From Calcarisporiella thermophila CBS 279.70 (taxonomy: Eukaryota; Fungi; Calcarisporiellomycota), in assembly GCF_041956535.1 (NCBI RefSeq), contig NW_027192202.1:666870-730869 (forward strand): 64,000 nucleotides of DNA. The letters run 5' to 3'. Positions 26,722-40,232 of this stretch are shown here, in pieces. Every line of letters begins with the position of its first letter. Positions within the stretch are counted from its first letter, which is position 1. The position numbers were made by a program, and so were the translations under genes. The notes beneath the pieces were generated by a model. That model did not search any database and was not told where the DNA came from. It was given only the letters and a program-made list of their open reading frames with translations.

Positions 26722-29612
26722 ATGGCACCCTCTCTCGACTCCCCCGCCTTAGTATCTAAATTTACACCCGCATTTCAGCGCTTGCAGAAAACACGGTTTC
26801 GACGCAGTATGTCAATGGCCACATCCTTAGCAAGTGAAAACTTCTCCCAGGAACCTAGTCCCACGCATACTCCACGCGTTCGACAGCGCTGCTCCAGCAT
26901 TGTGTTCAATTCTCTTGGACATGTGAAAGTGCTCTCTCGGCTCCAGGTCGAGAATGCGCGAACACCCCATCAGGTACCGGCACTTTCCCCTCTCTTCCCA
27001 TTTTAGTTCAATGCAATAAGAACACACGAGGTACTAATGGCTTCTTCTTAGGACTCGGCTTCATTTTTGATAGCAAGAGTGGAGCGGAATGTGCTATTGG
27101 ATGAGGCAACACAGAGCACAGAAATTCCCTTGAAAGATGAGACTTCGAAGCAGGGGGTGAATGAAACCGAAGTGGCCATAAGCCCAGGACGGTTGAGCAG
27201 ATTATCTGGACCAGATGAAGAGCTGGGAATCGACGAGGAAAAAGACTCGATGTTTCCACTAGAGCAAGATTCTAGCCGAATCGACTGGGAGTTCTGGGGA
27301 ATGGTTATCGATGACTACCCGTCGGTTGCCCTCAAGCTCCCTCATCTGATGGCATCGCGCGTGCGCCAAGGCCTTCCCCCAAAACTTCGAGGGCTAATTT
27401 GGCAGGCGATGAGCCAATCCTCCGCAACCCACGTAGAAACACTGTATGGTCAGCTGCTTGCGGACTCGAGCCCATACGAGCACACCATTCAACGTGATCT
27501 GGCGCGGACGTATCCGCACGTCGAGATGTTCAAACAGGATGGCGGACCCGGGCAGACTGCACTCCTGAACGTGCTTAAAGCGTACAGTCTGTATGACCCA
27601 TACGTTGGATATTGTCAGGGATTGGGATTCTTGGTGGGGCCCTTGTTGATGAATGTGGGTTGCCGTGTTAACTCTGTGCTCAAGCATAATTTAAACTCAT
27701 CTTTGGCTCTTCCTGACATCTAATGTCGCCCCCTCCCTCCCCCATGGATATACAGATGCCCGAGCAGCAAGGGTTTAGCGTTTTCGTTCGCCTCATGGAA
27801 ACCTACGACATGCGAACGCTGTTTACCCTTTCGATGGATGGTCTCCAGATGCGCCTCTGGCAGCTCAACCGCCTTCTTGAGGAGGACCTCCCGAAGCTGT
27901 ATGCTCACTTTGAGCGCCATGCAATCACAACCACCATGTATGCATCGCAATGGTTCCTCTCGCTCTTTGCATACTCCTATCCGCTGGATCTTGTGCTGCG
28001 CATCTATGACGTTGTCTTTGCGGAAGGCGCGCCAGAGACGATCATGCGCGTCGCAATGGCCTTGCTGCGCAAGAACGAGGAGAGACTGCTCTACTTGGAC
28101 GAGTTCGAAGACATCCTGGAATATCTGACGGGGCGGCTGTTTGATACTTATGGGCGCGAGGCCGATGGCGTTATTTGTGACGCCATCGAACTAAGCAATG
28201 TGATCACTAAGGCTCGCTTGGATAAGTTGGCCGAGGAGTACTTGGCCACAGAGGACATGCCAAAGCGCAATGGCGCCAAAGTCGCAAATAGCCCGAGTAG
28301 TGAGAGATTGGGGCTAGGGATTGACACCACCGTTGGGTTGAAGCATAGAGGATCGGGGCGTCGGAGTGTCGCGAGTCTCCAGTCGACGTTGACTGCAACC
28401 TCGTCCAACTCCTCCCTCTCAATCACGGGCTCAGCGGCACTGTCCACTCCTTCGCCTCACACCTCTTTGGAAAATACAAATTCCAGTCGCTCTCCCCCGA
28501 CGGTATTGAGCACAGCCAGCGATGAGTCAACCCAGTTGGCGCCGTCCATGCCGTGCGTCTCCACCCCTTCGCCCAACGACCACACCGAGATCCTCCACCA
28601 ACAGATCGAGGACCTTGTGCGTGCGCTCTCAGAGCTGCATGTTGAGCTCGCGCGGGTGACGGAAGAGCTCGCAACGGCAAAAGCAGAGACGGAGAAGGTG
28701 GCGCACGAAAACCAACTCCTCACCGCACGTCTCTCCGAGTTGGAGGGACGAGAGGAGGCTGGGGGCACTGACGAAGCGGATCTGAAGGAACACCATCAGA
28801 AGGGAGAAGGCAAGAAAGACGGGTTGAAGGAGCTGAAGGAAGAAAACAAGAGGTTAAAGGAGGAAGTATTCAAGCTACAGCAGCAACCGCAACCGCACTC
28901 CAAAGACAATCGCCCTCGCGACGCAAGCGCTAGTTCGAAATCCGTCGCAACGACTGCAAAGGTGGCGGAGATGAGGAACGAAGGGGCTAAAAAGCGGAAG
29001 AACCTCGGGTTGATCAAGGGGAAACCTTCGATCCATTCCGACCCAACCCAGACAGTGCCCCACAAGAGTCCTACAAAGACACAGTGTGCTCCTAGGCGAC
29101 CCACCTCGGTTGCGTCTCCGCGCTCTAGCACCGCGGGCTCGGTCGAGGCGAACACTGCCTCCGCCGCCCACCGAGGAGTGATGAGTCAGAAGCGAAGGGA
29201 TGCAGCTCGGCCAACGAGTTCGCCCACGCTGCACCGAGAAGAGCCCCGCACTCCGTCTCCACCGCTGGCGGCCCGCAACGCCGACGCGCCGCCGCCCGAG
29301 GACAAGTCCGACCTGCAGAAGCAGTGCCGGGAGCTCGAGCGCATGCTTGCCGAGGCCAAGCTGCGGATTGCCGAGCTCGAGACGTGTGCCAGCGGGAGAT
29401 CGAGCGCGGCCGCGTCGCCGAATCTTGGGGTGAGTGCGAGTTTCTGCGGGGGGGCTGAGAAGCATTCGCAGGCGAATGGGGTCGAGGCAGGGAGCCTGGG
29501 AAGGGCGGGGCGAAGGATCATGGCGGGAGAGTCACGGAAACGGAGTCAAAGTGGAACGCTAAGCACCACCATTTCGAGCCTGATGGGATGGCGGGGCTCG
29601 ATTGGCCGGTAG
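26722..29612 (+). CDS. Rab-GAP TBC-domain protein (Gyp5/EVI5-like) with coiled-coil tail (2 introns)
   Basis: GLPPKLRGLIW, IQRDLARTYP (Arg finger), VGYCQGLGF (Gln finger), YASQWFLSLF. Confidence 0.92.
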
Positions 29613-29937
29613 GTTGGCGGCGCCTCAAACCAATCCCCACCCCCTAATGAAACCAGACAATTTAGACCGATTTGTTACTCGTCTTGTTATTCGTATATTT
29701 TTTTTTTCTAATTCTTCCCACACTCTCTTTATCACAGTATATCCATGGTATACAGATACACAATCAACACGTAATATTATCCTCTAGCGGTGTCTTTCCT
29801 TCATTTTTCTTTTTCCGTTTTAGTTTGATAATGCTTCTTTTCTTTTTGTCAACCTATCCACAATTTTTCATGTTCAACCATGCTGGATCCATCCATGTAT
29901 ATACATATACAGCTTCAATAAAAAGGGGAGCATCGAA

Positions 29938-32900
29938 TCATCCCAGACGCGGCTGTCCTCTAAGGAATGGTCGAAGCCGTTTCCTCTTGAGCGCCTCCGC
30001 CTCCGCCTCCTCCTTCTCCTCTTCTTCTTCGGAGTAGCCCTCCTCCTGCCTTGAGAAAATATCGAAGCGGGAATCCTCGCTCACCGATCGATCACGGCTC
30101 CAGGGGGAAATTGCTCCGTCATCGATCATATGCCCAAATTCGTCCTCGTAGTCATATGCATCCTCGCCACTACTATAATCATAACCAGAGTAATACTCGG
30201 GCCAGAGTTCTTCATCCTCATCATAGGGGTTTTCATCATCATCATCATCATCATCATTATCTTCCTCATCCTCTTCCCCTTTATTCTCTTCCCCTTTATC
30301 CTCTTCCCCTATACTAGTCGCACTGCTCTGACTTCCACTTGCACTGTTTCCCATGAGCAACGAATCCAGTTCACTGGCTTTGGGATCGTCGTCAACCACA
30401 ACTTGCATGTGCGCGCTTTTGCCCGTGTCTGGTTCAAATCCTTCACGAGCAAAGAGTTCTTTCATTTTTTCGCGCAATGCCCGCTCTCGCTGGAAGAATG
30501 CTTCATCATTCTCGTCATCGCTCGAATCAATCACAAACTATGTAATTGTCGCAAAGTAATTAATGGAATGGGGACAAGATGACCGAGAATGATCCCGTGG
30601 ACTCACCTGTGCAGATTTATAGGAGACGGGCTCTTCCATCTTCCTTTTCCGCGGCTCTCTCTTCTCATCGCCCTCCTCTTCCTCCGGGTCTCGCTTCTTC
30701 CGTTTCGCGCGGGGCTTTTTCTTCGATTGGCCGGCTTTAGGAGGCTTTGCGACGTACTCGTCGAGCAACCTTGCGTCAAGCTCAAGATCGGCAGTACTGA
30801 CGGTCGCTGGGACAGTCCACCTCCCGGTTGCTTCGGCGATCTTTTCAAACTGAAGCAGCGCCATTAGGTGCTCCATCTTCTGGGCTGTCGAGGCCTGGAT
30901 GGCGCTCGCCTTGTCCTCTTCCATTTCGAGCCTTACATCGCGGTACTCGATCAGTTCTGCGTCTCCCTCCTCTCTGTCACCCTCTAGAATTCCTCGCTCC
31001 TCCAAAACAAGGCGAATACCTTTCTCGACCCACCTGACCCATTCCGCCTGTCCATCCTTTACAAGTGCGGCCACTGCCATCCCCAGTTTTTGACTCCAAG
31101 GCATCCCTGGTTTGATTCTCTCTTCAGGCACCCACTCTCCATCCTCTTCTTCGCCATCGCTCCACATCCTCTTCCCACGACTACCGCTGTTCTCTTGGCT
31201 CGTGGCTTCGGAAGGATCTGGACCGGTGATGCGTCGAATGTCTGCGCTGGACTTTGGAAACAGAATCTCTACGCACATGAGTGGGTTAGCAGCCCAGGCC
31301 TTGAAGAACCGACGCAGGCAATAGAGCATGAACTTGTGCAGCTCGGCGTGTGCCTGCGATTTAAAGGGGGGTGGGTGGTCGTTAAGAATGGCGTTGAAGA
31401 TCTCCAGGACCGACAACTGTGGCCGCCATGAACGAGAGAGGGTAGGGTAAGTAAACAGGAAGCCAATCTGGATATTTTTACACAACCATGCACTATAATA
31501 AACCGCCTCTCACCTTGAAAAATATGGCCTCCTTTCTCCTACATTTAACCATGATACGGTGGAATGCCGCCACTATATGGTAGAGCGTCTCCTCCGAGAG
31601 GTCGGCATATTCCTCCAGCAGGACCATGTAGGTTGTGACCACGCTCTCTGTGGCCAGTTTCTAACAATGGAAAGAAAAAAAAAGGAAAGGCCATCAGTCT
31701 AGCTGGATGGGAGGCACTAACGGGTCCTGTCAATACCTCTTGGAATTTTTCGAATTCAAAGCTTTTCTCTACAAATTCCAATCGTTCTTCTCGACTCCCT
31801 CCCTCTCCCTCGTCGCCCTCGTCCTCTTCATCCACCCCCGCCTCGGTTCCATTCGCGCCCACATGATCCGCATCGTTTTCCTCGTCTCGCTGCTCCAGCG
31901 CCCGTTTCTCCCCCTCTCCTTTACTCTTCGGCATCTTTCTCTTGCGCTTCTTTTGCCGGCGGCGCACAAACAGCTTCCCTCTCTCCTTCACGAATCCCTC
32001 CAGCACTCGCATCAAATGATGATTCATGGCCACGACCGCGCGTAGATATTCCCGGGACTGGCTCTCCTTGCAGGACTTGACAATCTCGGCCGCAAGATCG
32101 AAAACATAGGCATCATAGAAGAGGTTGTGTTGGATGTGAAGGGAGACCGCACGATACTCTTCGTGAGACGACTTTTGCATAGATTGAAGGGTGAGTAGCT
32201 ACATGTGCAGGACATGGGGTAAGGGAATCAATACAGGTGACTGGGAGCAGAATCTTAATGAGAATGGAAGACTGTTACCATTTGGCCGAAGCAATCCACT
32301 GTCATATGCAGCTCGTTCCATCTCTTGTAAAAAGAAAAAACACGTATACTTGTCAGGGGGATCGGGTGCAAACCTCTTGGAGAGAGGGAGAAAAAGCAGC
32401 TTGTGCGGATCTCTTTACCCTTTCTTCAAAGCTGGTCCGCATCCGCCGGACAACAAGAAAGAGGCTCCTCACGTCGAGCATACTTGCCACCAGGTCAAAG
32501 GAGTCTGGCAGCGCCAGTCGTTGAAAGCGCAGGAAAAATCGGACCAGGTAGAAAAAGTGCGCGTAGTCCTCGTTGCGCAGGGAGTCCTTTTCCTGCTCGA
32601 TGTCGCGCTTAATTAAGGGGAAAAAGGCTAGAAGAGGGAGGCGGTGGCGGGAGGGGAAAATGGAGGGTGTTAAACTTAAATTCGGAAACATGGAGTCTAA
32701 ATGTACAAATTTGAAACCCATACTATTGAAAGCGCTCTCGAGAAAAGATTCGCAGAATTCCTTGATACACAAAAGACATTTCCCGTTTTTGATCCACGCC
32801 CGCCTGTCATATGCATCCTAAACGGGAAATAGGGGATAGTTCGGTCAAGGTGGGGATCGAGACAAATGAAAATAGTTGCCGGAGGGATGATTACTAGCTG

Positions 32901-34350
32901 AGGCCGTGACCGCCGAGCCTGCTTCGCCTTTCCTTCGTCCCAATTCTTGGGCATTTCATCAAACCACTGCTTTTGCTTATGGGTCAGTACCCGCTGGCCA
33001 TCAAAGAACTTCAGTGCGATGGTCCCTCCGAACCGTGAGTGGCGCCCGTCGCTGCCGCGGTTTCTCCGTCGTCGCTCACGCTCTTCAGCAAGGAATTTTT
33101 CTCGGAGTTGCGAAGATGCGTTCTGATGGATAAAAAAAAAACCCCCCAGGGAGAACGATAGCCGATTCTTTAGAAAACCATCGAAGCTTTTCGGGAGAAT
33201 GAGGGTAAAGTTACCGTCACCTCCTCCTTGATATCCACCAGAGAATCCGGCTCTATCCGCAGAAGTAGGCCATGTAGGATCTCCTGGACAAGGGTTGTCC
33301 ACTCGCTGAATTCCTTCTCGTCCGCAGAGGATGCAAAAGTCAGTAGAAGTTCGAGCACATTCGCTTCTTTGAGCTGGATGATAAGCTCTTCCTAATGGCA
33401 AAAAAAAAGAGAGTGTGTGGAAGGAAGCGGGGGGTTATTTTGAAAGCCCACGATCGGCTCTGTCAATACAAGCCCAACCACGCACCTGCATCAGGCTTCT
33501 CTGGATTTGACTGTAGGTGGCCGTGGAGTGGACGATCGGGTCTCGTATAGCAAGTATGTTGCGGAAAAGAGCAAGGACGAGGCGAATAATCTCCGTCTGC
33601 CGCGCAGAGCGCTCTCTAGAAAGCACGCAAAACTGTGGTGAATAATTCCTGGCTACTGCAAGAAATGGAAGCTCGCGCTTACCGATAAGGAGTCGTGAGC
33701 GGCTTCAGCAGCACATCCATAATAGCTTCGATCACCTCCTTCTGCATCAGATGCCACTTGAGGTCGGGGAGGATACGGGAGGCTATTGTCAGGGCCGTCC
33801 CTGCCTTTTGTACGTTGAGGAGGTCTGAAGTTGTGACGGGCCAAGTCATGGGCACCATTAGTTCGACTAAGCAAGAAATGGAGAGAGCATAAGAAAAAAG
33901 CGAGGAAGCGGGCGCAGCAATGCAACGGGGTGCCATCGATTCTCACCACATGCCAGCGCGATCCGCTCCTGGTGCGGGGAGTCTCCCTTCGCGTTGAGGA
34001 GCAGTATGGGAATCAGGTCGAGATCCACGAGCGACATCTCAAACAGGGTCTGCAGCACGAACTTATCGGGATTGTCGTCATCTTGCCGGATCATTCGCTT
34101 GAGATCCTTGAGACATTCTTTGAGAGAAAAGAAGAGAGAATGAGCATGCGGGCGGGATGGAGAGGCGTCTGATCAATAGCTACGCACCTAGACACTCATC
34201 GCCCATAACGTACACCTCCTCGTACCGCTGTGTCGCCTGGTTGAAGCGGCGCTCCATGCCGCCCAGCGATGAGCAGGTGCTGATGAGGAAGGTTCTCAGC
34301 TTGTTCCATTCCTTGTGCCATTCGGCGATCGAATCCGACTCGTTGTCCAT
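29938..34350 (-). CDS. TOF1: Timeless/Tof1/Swi1 replication fork protection protein (~11 introns)
   Basis: SLGG...YVMGDECL|ECLKDLKR, ELMVPMTWP, LVLALFRNILAI, RHSRFGG, acidic C-terminus. Confidence 0.92.
30233..30257 (+). repeat. (TCA)n microsatellite encoding poly-Asp in the Tof1 tail
   Basis: tcatcatcatcatcatcatcatca run; read as GAT repeats on the minus strand. Confidence 0.85.
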
Positions 34351-34393
34351 CTTGCGCCTGCGATGCCGGCCGCTCTAATAAAAAAATAACGAG

Positions 34394-34408
34394 ACGCGTT
34401 TTTTCGTG
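34394..34408. promoter_or_regulatory. Adjacent MCB (ACGCGT) and SCB (CACGAAAA, minus strand) cell-cycle boxes upstream of TOF1
   Basis: ACGCGT at 34394-34399 and TTTTCGTG at 34401-34408, ~45 bp upstream of the TOF1 ATG. Confidence 0.6.
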
Positions 34409-35068
34409 TTCTCGCACCCGCACCAAACAGGAAGGCGGAGAAAAAGGAATAGTGCTGTGCCACGTCAGCGAGATAGGCAATGTGATAAGGGCGATATTCA
34501 GCAAATTTCCACATCCGCTTATCTCTGTACAGAAAATGTTAAACAGTTGGACCGGCGTTGAGGATTAAAAAAAAAAAGAGTGGCAAAGTGGAAATGTGGT
34601 GAGATTACTAAGGAGCCGATGTATATTGGACAATAAGGCGGTCTAGAAATTGTCCCATTCTCTAACCCCTGCATCACCCTTATTCGTTCTGATTTTTATT
34701 TTTTTTTTCACACTTTTTTATGTGATCGATCAAGTCAATTTTTAGAATTGCTAAATGATTAAATGGTGTTTTTATTTTTTCCCTTTCCTCCCTCTTTAAT
34801 CCACTTTTGCGCTTCCTCTTATAAGGCCGCCTCTGTCTTTCTTCGTCCGGATCGCTCTTGTGCTTTTCCTGATTTTTTTCCCCTCCGCCTCTTTCCCCTC
34901 CCTCTCTCCCTCCCCCCCTCCCCTTTCGGCCTTGCTGCTTCTTCCCTAGAAATAACACAAAACCATACTTTTTTGTGAAGTGTGGTCCGAGTGGAAACAA
35001 GTTTTTCGTTTTAAAACCAAAACTTCTTTTACCTCTCCCGCTTATAATATAATTATTCAAAAACCAAC

Positions 35069-36859
35069 ATGCACTCTACCAATACTCCTCTACGCATACT
35101 GCACTACACCCCTCACCACGGCACCGAGGGCACGACGCTGTGCGTTGCGCTGCACCCGCCCGCCCCCATGAACCTCAAGCTGGGCATTGGGGCGCTCATG
35201 CTCGAGACCCTGCACTCGCATACCCCCGCCTACGACACGCTGACGGCCCAGGTGCCTCCCCAGCAGCAGCAGGAGCCGCGCGTGCCGGTGTTTGTGCTGG
35301 AGGTGGCAGAGGGCGCTATCGTGGACAAGAAGTTCGTTGGCGAGTTCATCTATGAGGAGCAGGGCGAGTATACGAGAAAGCGCAGTGGAGAGGAGGAGCT
35401 CGACCAAGTAGCAAGAAAGCGGCTCGGCAGTATCAAAGGTATGGCTATTTTTTCTTTACAAGAGCCCGGAGGAGGGAGGAGAAAGAGAGGCTGCTGAAGG
35501 TCAAGTGCGCTGACAGAGAGACGTTTTTATTTTTCATTTTTAAAGAGGACGACTACTTGGCCTCGTTCTACGGCCAAAACCCTGCCAAGACCTTTCAGCA
35601 GCACCAGCAGCCGTGGAAATACACGGAGGGTAAGAGTTTGAGCTCCTTCTTTGCGAGGGAATGCAGGCGAAGGAAAGCTAATGCCCGCGCCTCCCTTCTT
35701 CTCCTTAGCCGACCAGCCGCTCTATTCGCCGTCCTACGTGTACGGCCTCGGGGTTCCGCCCCCCCTCAACACCGACTTCCTCTACGCGATGCCGCAGCAG
35801 CCGCAGCCGCAACCCCAAGCACAGCCCACCACCGCCGCCCCTCACCACCCACACCACCCCGGCAGCGAGAACAACGTGCGTGACAACCTGCGGCGGCAAT
35901 ACCAGCCGCCGCTCCCCGGCGCCAGCACCCCCGCCGTCTTGTCCAACTACAACTTTTACGCTAGTCTTCTGAACAAGGCGAATCTGAAGTTCAGCGGCAA
36001 TCTCGATGACATGGCAAGAAATTGGTAAGGAGTTGGTTTATTTGCATTGCCCACTGGGGAGGGGGGGGGGGCCAAGAGAAAGAAGAAGAAAAGGAAGAGA
36101 GCGTGAAGGATTGACGCGTGCGTGTGCTATCCTTAGGTCGCAAGAGGAGTGGGAGAACCGCCGGCGGCTCGTGCAGTTTTGGCGCCGACAGGACGGCAAT
36201 GACATCCACTGCAACTTCTCGCCCATTGCCCCCGCGGACTGCTCGCCCAACTCGATCGTGGTGTCCTGCATCTACTGGCAGGAGAAGAACGACTGCTACA
36301 TCACCTCCGTCGACTGCATCTACTTGATGGAGTCGCTGATCGGCGTGCGCTTCACGGTCGAGGAGAAGAACCGGATCCGGCGGAATCTAGAGGGGTTCCG
36401 GCCGTCGACGGTCAGCAAGTGCAAGCCGGAGAGCGCCGAGTTCTTCAAGCTGATCATGAGCTTCCCGAACCCGAAGCCCCGCAACATAGAGAAGGACGTG
36501 AAGGTGTTTCCGTGGCGGGTGCTGCCCTTTGCGCTGAAGAAGATCATCAGCAAATACGTAAGTGGCCGCGCGAGAGTTTCTCCTCCCCTCCCCCATTCGC
36601 ATGTGGCTTAACCCATTCTTTCCTCCGGTTTGCTTTCTAGACCGCAAGCTATAGCAGCACCGCAAGCGTCAATGTGGATGCATTCCAGGAATCCTACCAG
36701 CCCTCATCCGCGCCGCAACTTCTCCCCAACAGCCAGCATCCAATGCATCTGCACAATGCCAATGGGGACACGGAGCCCCCGCTGGGCTTCTCGGCATCGG
36801 GCGGTCAACATCTAGAGGTCGATGAGGGCGCAAAGCCCGGACATTTGATGGTGCCATGA
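35069..36859 (+). CDS. medA: Medusa (MedA)-like developmental transcriptional regulator (4 introns)
   Basis: KANLKFSGNLDDMARNW|SQEEWENRRRLVQF...SCIYW...ITSVD...FTVEEKNRIRRNLEG...PKPRNIEKDVKVFPW...ALKKIISKY. Confidence 0.88.
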
Positions 36860-37973
36860 GATTGATTTACACTACACTTTATTAATTTCTGTAATATTGT
36901 TTTCTTTTTCTTACAATTGTATTTTGAGTATATTATTTGTGTTCTGTTGTACTTTTGGCCGTTTTGGTTTAATTTTTTTGTATTATGGCAAAGCCCCCCC
37001 ACGTCCATAAATAATAATGGAAATGCTAAGCGAGACCAGGTTGGATGGCCGTCGCGGCCCTGGGGAGACGGCTGAGGAAATGCCCTCCGCCGTGGAGGCT
37101 CTAGAGGAGCCCACGCAGCAAATGGGCGAGGAGCGTTCTATTTCCGTTCCCGCGCTAGATTAATTTTGGCTGACTTTGATTGCTCGCCGACCGGAATGGA
37201 TAAAGTGGAATCGACGTGGTGCGGAGGCTCCCCACCTGGAGGGAGGGAGGGATGCTCCAGCCAGCCCCTCAGCGGGCCAGGCCCTCACGATTGCGCCCGC
37301 CTCCATCGGGCGCCAGGCCCCATGGATCCTCGGCCGGGTGCTTTCTTCGGGGGCCTGATTAGGCAGGCGTGGCGAGGGGCCACGGAGCGGCGGGTGGATC
37401 GGCAGCCGGAACCACACTGGTTAGGCCGTGGGCGCGCGGGAGGCGGCCAGCCAGAGGGCCGAGCGACAGAGCCAGCGGTGGGCCGCGGCGCGAGCGAGGA
37501 GTAGTTTGGCGGCGAGCCGAAATGGAAAAAGGTGGTGGAGGGTGAGAAAGGGAAAGGATCTGCAGGGGGATAAACGAAAACACTCGGGGTCAATTAACCT
37601 TGTGCGCTCATTGGTTTTCGGGCGGTGGTTAAGCCACCGAATTTCGAGGTGGATCACGCGACGTGGTGTCTTCTTGCTCTCCACTTTTTTTTTTCCCTCT
37701 CCTAAAGCCAAATCCGTTTCCCGGTTAAAAGGTCTCACAAATCGCTTGCCTCCGCCTTTAAAACCAAGACTCTATTACGTTTTTTCCCACTCGCCTCCCC
37801 CTAGACAGTATTTATAATATATTCTCTCGCCTATTGTATTTATTCCCGCCGCCCTTCTCCCTGGCTCTCCCCATCTATTACATTGCGGCCTCATCCATCG
37901 CTATTGACCCCCAATCCCTCCTCCCCAACCCTCCCAATCCCGCTCTCACGCAAAGCGAAACGCTCTTACCATC

Positions 37974-39573
37974 ATGCTCGAGCCACTGAATGTAAGCCGT
38001 GTGCGGACTTGCCCTTCTCTCTTTCTGGATGTATTAAATGACGCTTGCCTTCATGTAGAATGATCCCTTCCATTCCCCCCCGCGGGAACGCCCCATCCCC
38101 ACGCGTAGTCTCAACGGCGGCGGCCATGGTGGCGGTGACGACAGCTGGAAGGCCGTGGGGAGCCCCCCGCGGCGCCTCTCCTCATCCATCACCTCCACCA
38201 CCCCCACCGCCATCGCCTTCCCCGCCTTCCCATCCGCGCTCTTCCTCAACAGCCCCCCGCTGCACTCGCCGCCCCTGGTCCCCCCCGCCTCCGCGCCGGC
38301 ATCGAGCCCTTCTGTGGAGAACCGATTCTGGGCCAACTCTTTCGGGCTGCCGGCGTGGTCGCCCGCCGACAAGGTCGAACTCTTCTCGGAGAGGCTGCCG
38401 ACCATGCCGGAGGAGGAGGGGATGAGCGGCGAGGAGATGGACCCCCTGGGCCTGGCTGGAGAGCGGAGGCGAAGTCGGTCCAAGTCGTCCGCCGCCGCGT
38501 TTGGTGGATTGCGCGCGTCACAGGACCTCACAAGGCAGGGGGCTTGGTCCGGTGGCTGGGACCCGAGCTTCCTCACCGGCCACCGGCGCGCCTCGACCAC
38601 CTCCTCCGCTTCCCCGCTGGTTGATCTGACGGGAGAGGGACAGGACTCGGTGCAGCGCCGTCTCTCCATGGCACCCGTCTCCTCGGCTTTCCAGAAAGAA
38701 GAGCTCAGGTAGGCTCTCCCCCTCCCCCTCCCCCTCCCCCTTCCCCTCCCCCGTTACTAACGCTCCTGTCTATGTCGCTTTTAGCTCCCTGGAGGTCGAG
38801 TTCGGGCAGCGGCGCCATTCTATCTCAACCACCATGGAGCACATCCCCGACTCTGCCCTTCACTCGGGCATCCCGCAGGCGCACTCGCCCACCACCCCCA
38901 CCTCCACCCTCGGGGAGGCAAAGTCCGGCTCCCCCGAGCTGCAGGAGATGGGCCGGGGAATCCCGCTGTACGCTCTGCCGCCCAACCACCAGGTGTGCGT
39001 GGTGGAGTTCAAGGCCGGGCGCACGGACATTTTCTACGCCCAAGGATTTCGGGTTCAGACGGGCGACCTCGTGATTGTCGAGGCCGACCGAGGCAACGAC
39101 CTGGGCAAGGTCGTCAACGACCATGCCGACGTCGAGTGGAGCGGCGCGGATCCCGCCAGCCAGAAGACGGTGCGGGCCAAGCGGATCTTCAGACTCGCCC
39201 AGCCTGGAGAGGTGACCTCGCTGATCAGCAAGAGCTACGACGAGGCCAAGGCGATGAGCGTGTGCTTGAGTAAGGTGCGGGCCAAGAACATGCAGATGGA
39301 GGTGGTGGATGCCGAGTTTCAATGGTAAAGCCCAGCCCTTCATGTCCTGTCGGTCCACCGACAGTAACCCCCCCCCCCCCTCCCTCCTAACCCCCTGCTT
39401 CTTATTCTTTTGTGGCCACCTCTAGGGATCGCCGGAAACTCACTTTCTACTTTGTTGCTGAGCATCGCATCGACTTCCGGGACCTCGTCCGCGATTTGTT
39501 TAAAATCTACAAGACACGCATCTGGATGTGCGCGGTCGACCCCGTCACGTATCGGCCCAAGAGCAACAGCTGA
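37974..39573 (+). CDS. PSP1 C-terminal-domain protein (3 introns)
   Basis: [12 protein letters not shown]...[17 protein letters not shown]...VVDAEFQW|DRRKLTFYF...[21 protein letters not shown]. Confidence 0.9.
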
Positions 39574-40232
39574 ACGCTCGATTCTCCTCCTCCCATTTCT
39601 AAGTGTATATATCTCTTTCTAGCTTGCTATCTCCTCTATACAGCCTCTACCTATTTTATCAAAGTACACGATCCAAAAAAAAATGAGACTGTTATCATCT
39701 CAAAAATATATATTCTTTTTTTTTTTTACTCTTATATCGATTCTTCATTTTATATATATAAATATATATATATTCGTAGATTTCTTTTCATTTGGTTGTT
39801 TTTGCAGCAGTAGTTTTTTTTCCTTCTCCTCTCCTCCGTTAGATTTCTTTTTGTCGTTTGGTTTGATCTCTTTACAAGAAGCCTAGTTATTAAATTTTGT
39901 CTTTGCATGTTTATTAATATAGCGTTTATTTTCTTTTCGTCGGATTTCCGATTGGAACAGTGCTGAAGCCCTCTATGCGATCAACCAATGCGGTGCGTGC
40001 CCTTTGAGCCTCCTCCTAACCTAACTACCCCACCTTACTAATGATCTCGGTTCGACCACATAACCTGCAGTCTAGCTAAGCCTCTATCCCTGGAAGATAT
40101 TTAATCTCTGCGGTATTCGTCAATGGAAATAGAGCTATGGTTTTAATTAGTTATCTGGCCTTGCGCGCCAGACACTTTCCCACCCTCGCTTTGTCTCCAA
40201 GTTTATTGAAAATCCCCTTGCGAACATACACC

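Noticed and set aside
37160-37817. Overlapping ORFs between medA and the PSP1 gene
   Set aside because: GC-rich upstream DNA open in several frames on both strands with no family motifs; treated as regulatory.
27800-39400. Numerous 60-230 aa antisense or alternate-frame ORFs (also at 51.4-54.6 kb)
   Set aside because: They are shadows of GC-rich coding exons, with low-complexity translations and no recognisable motifs.
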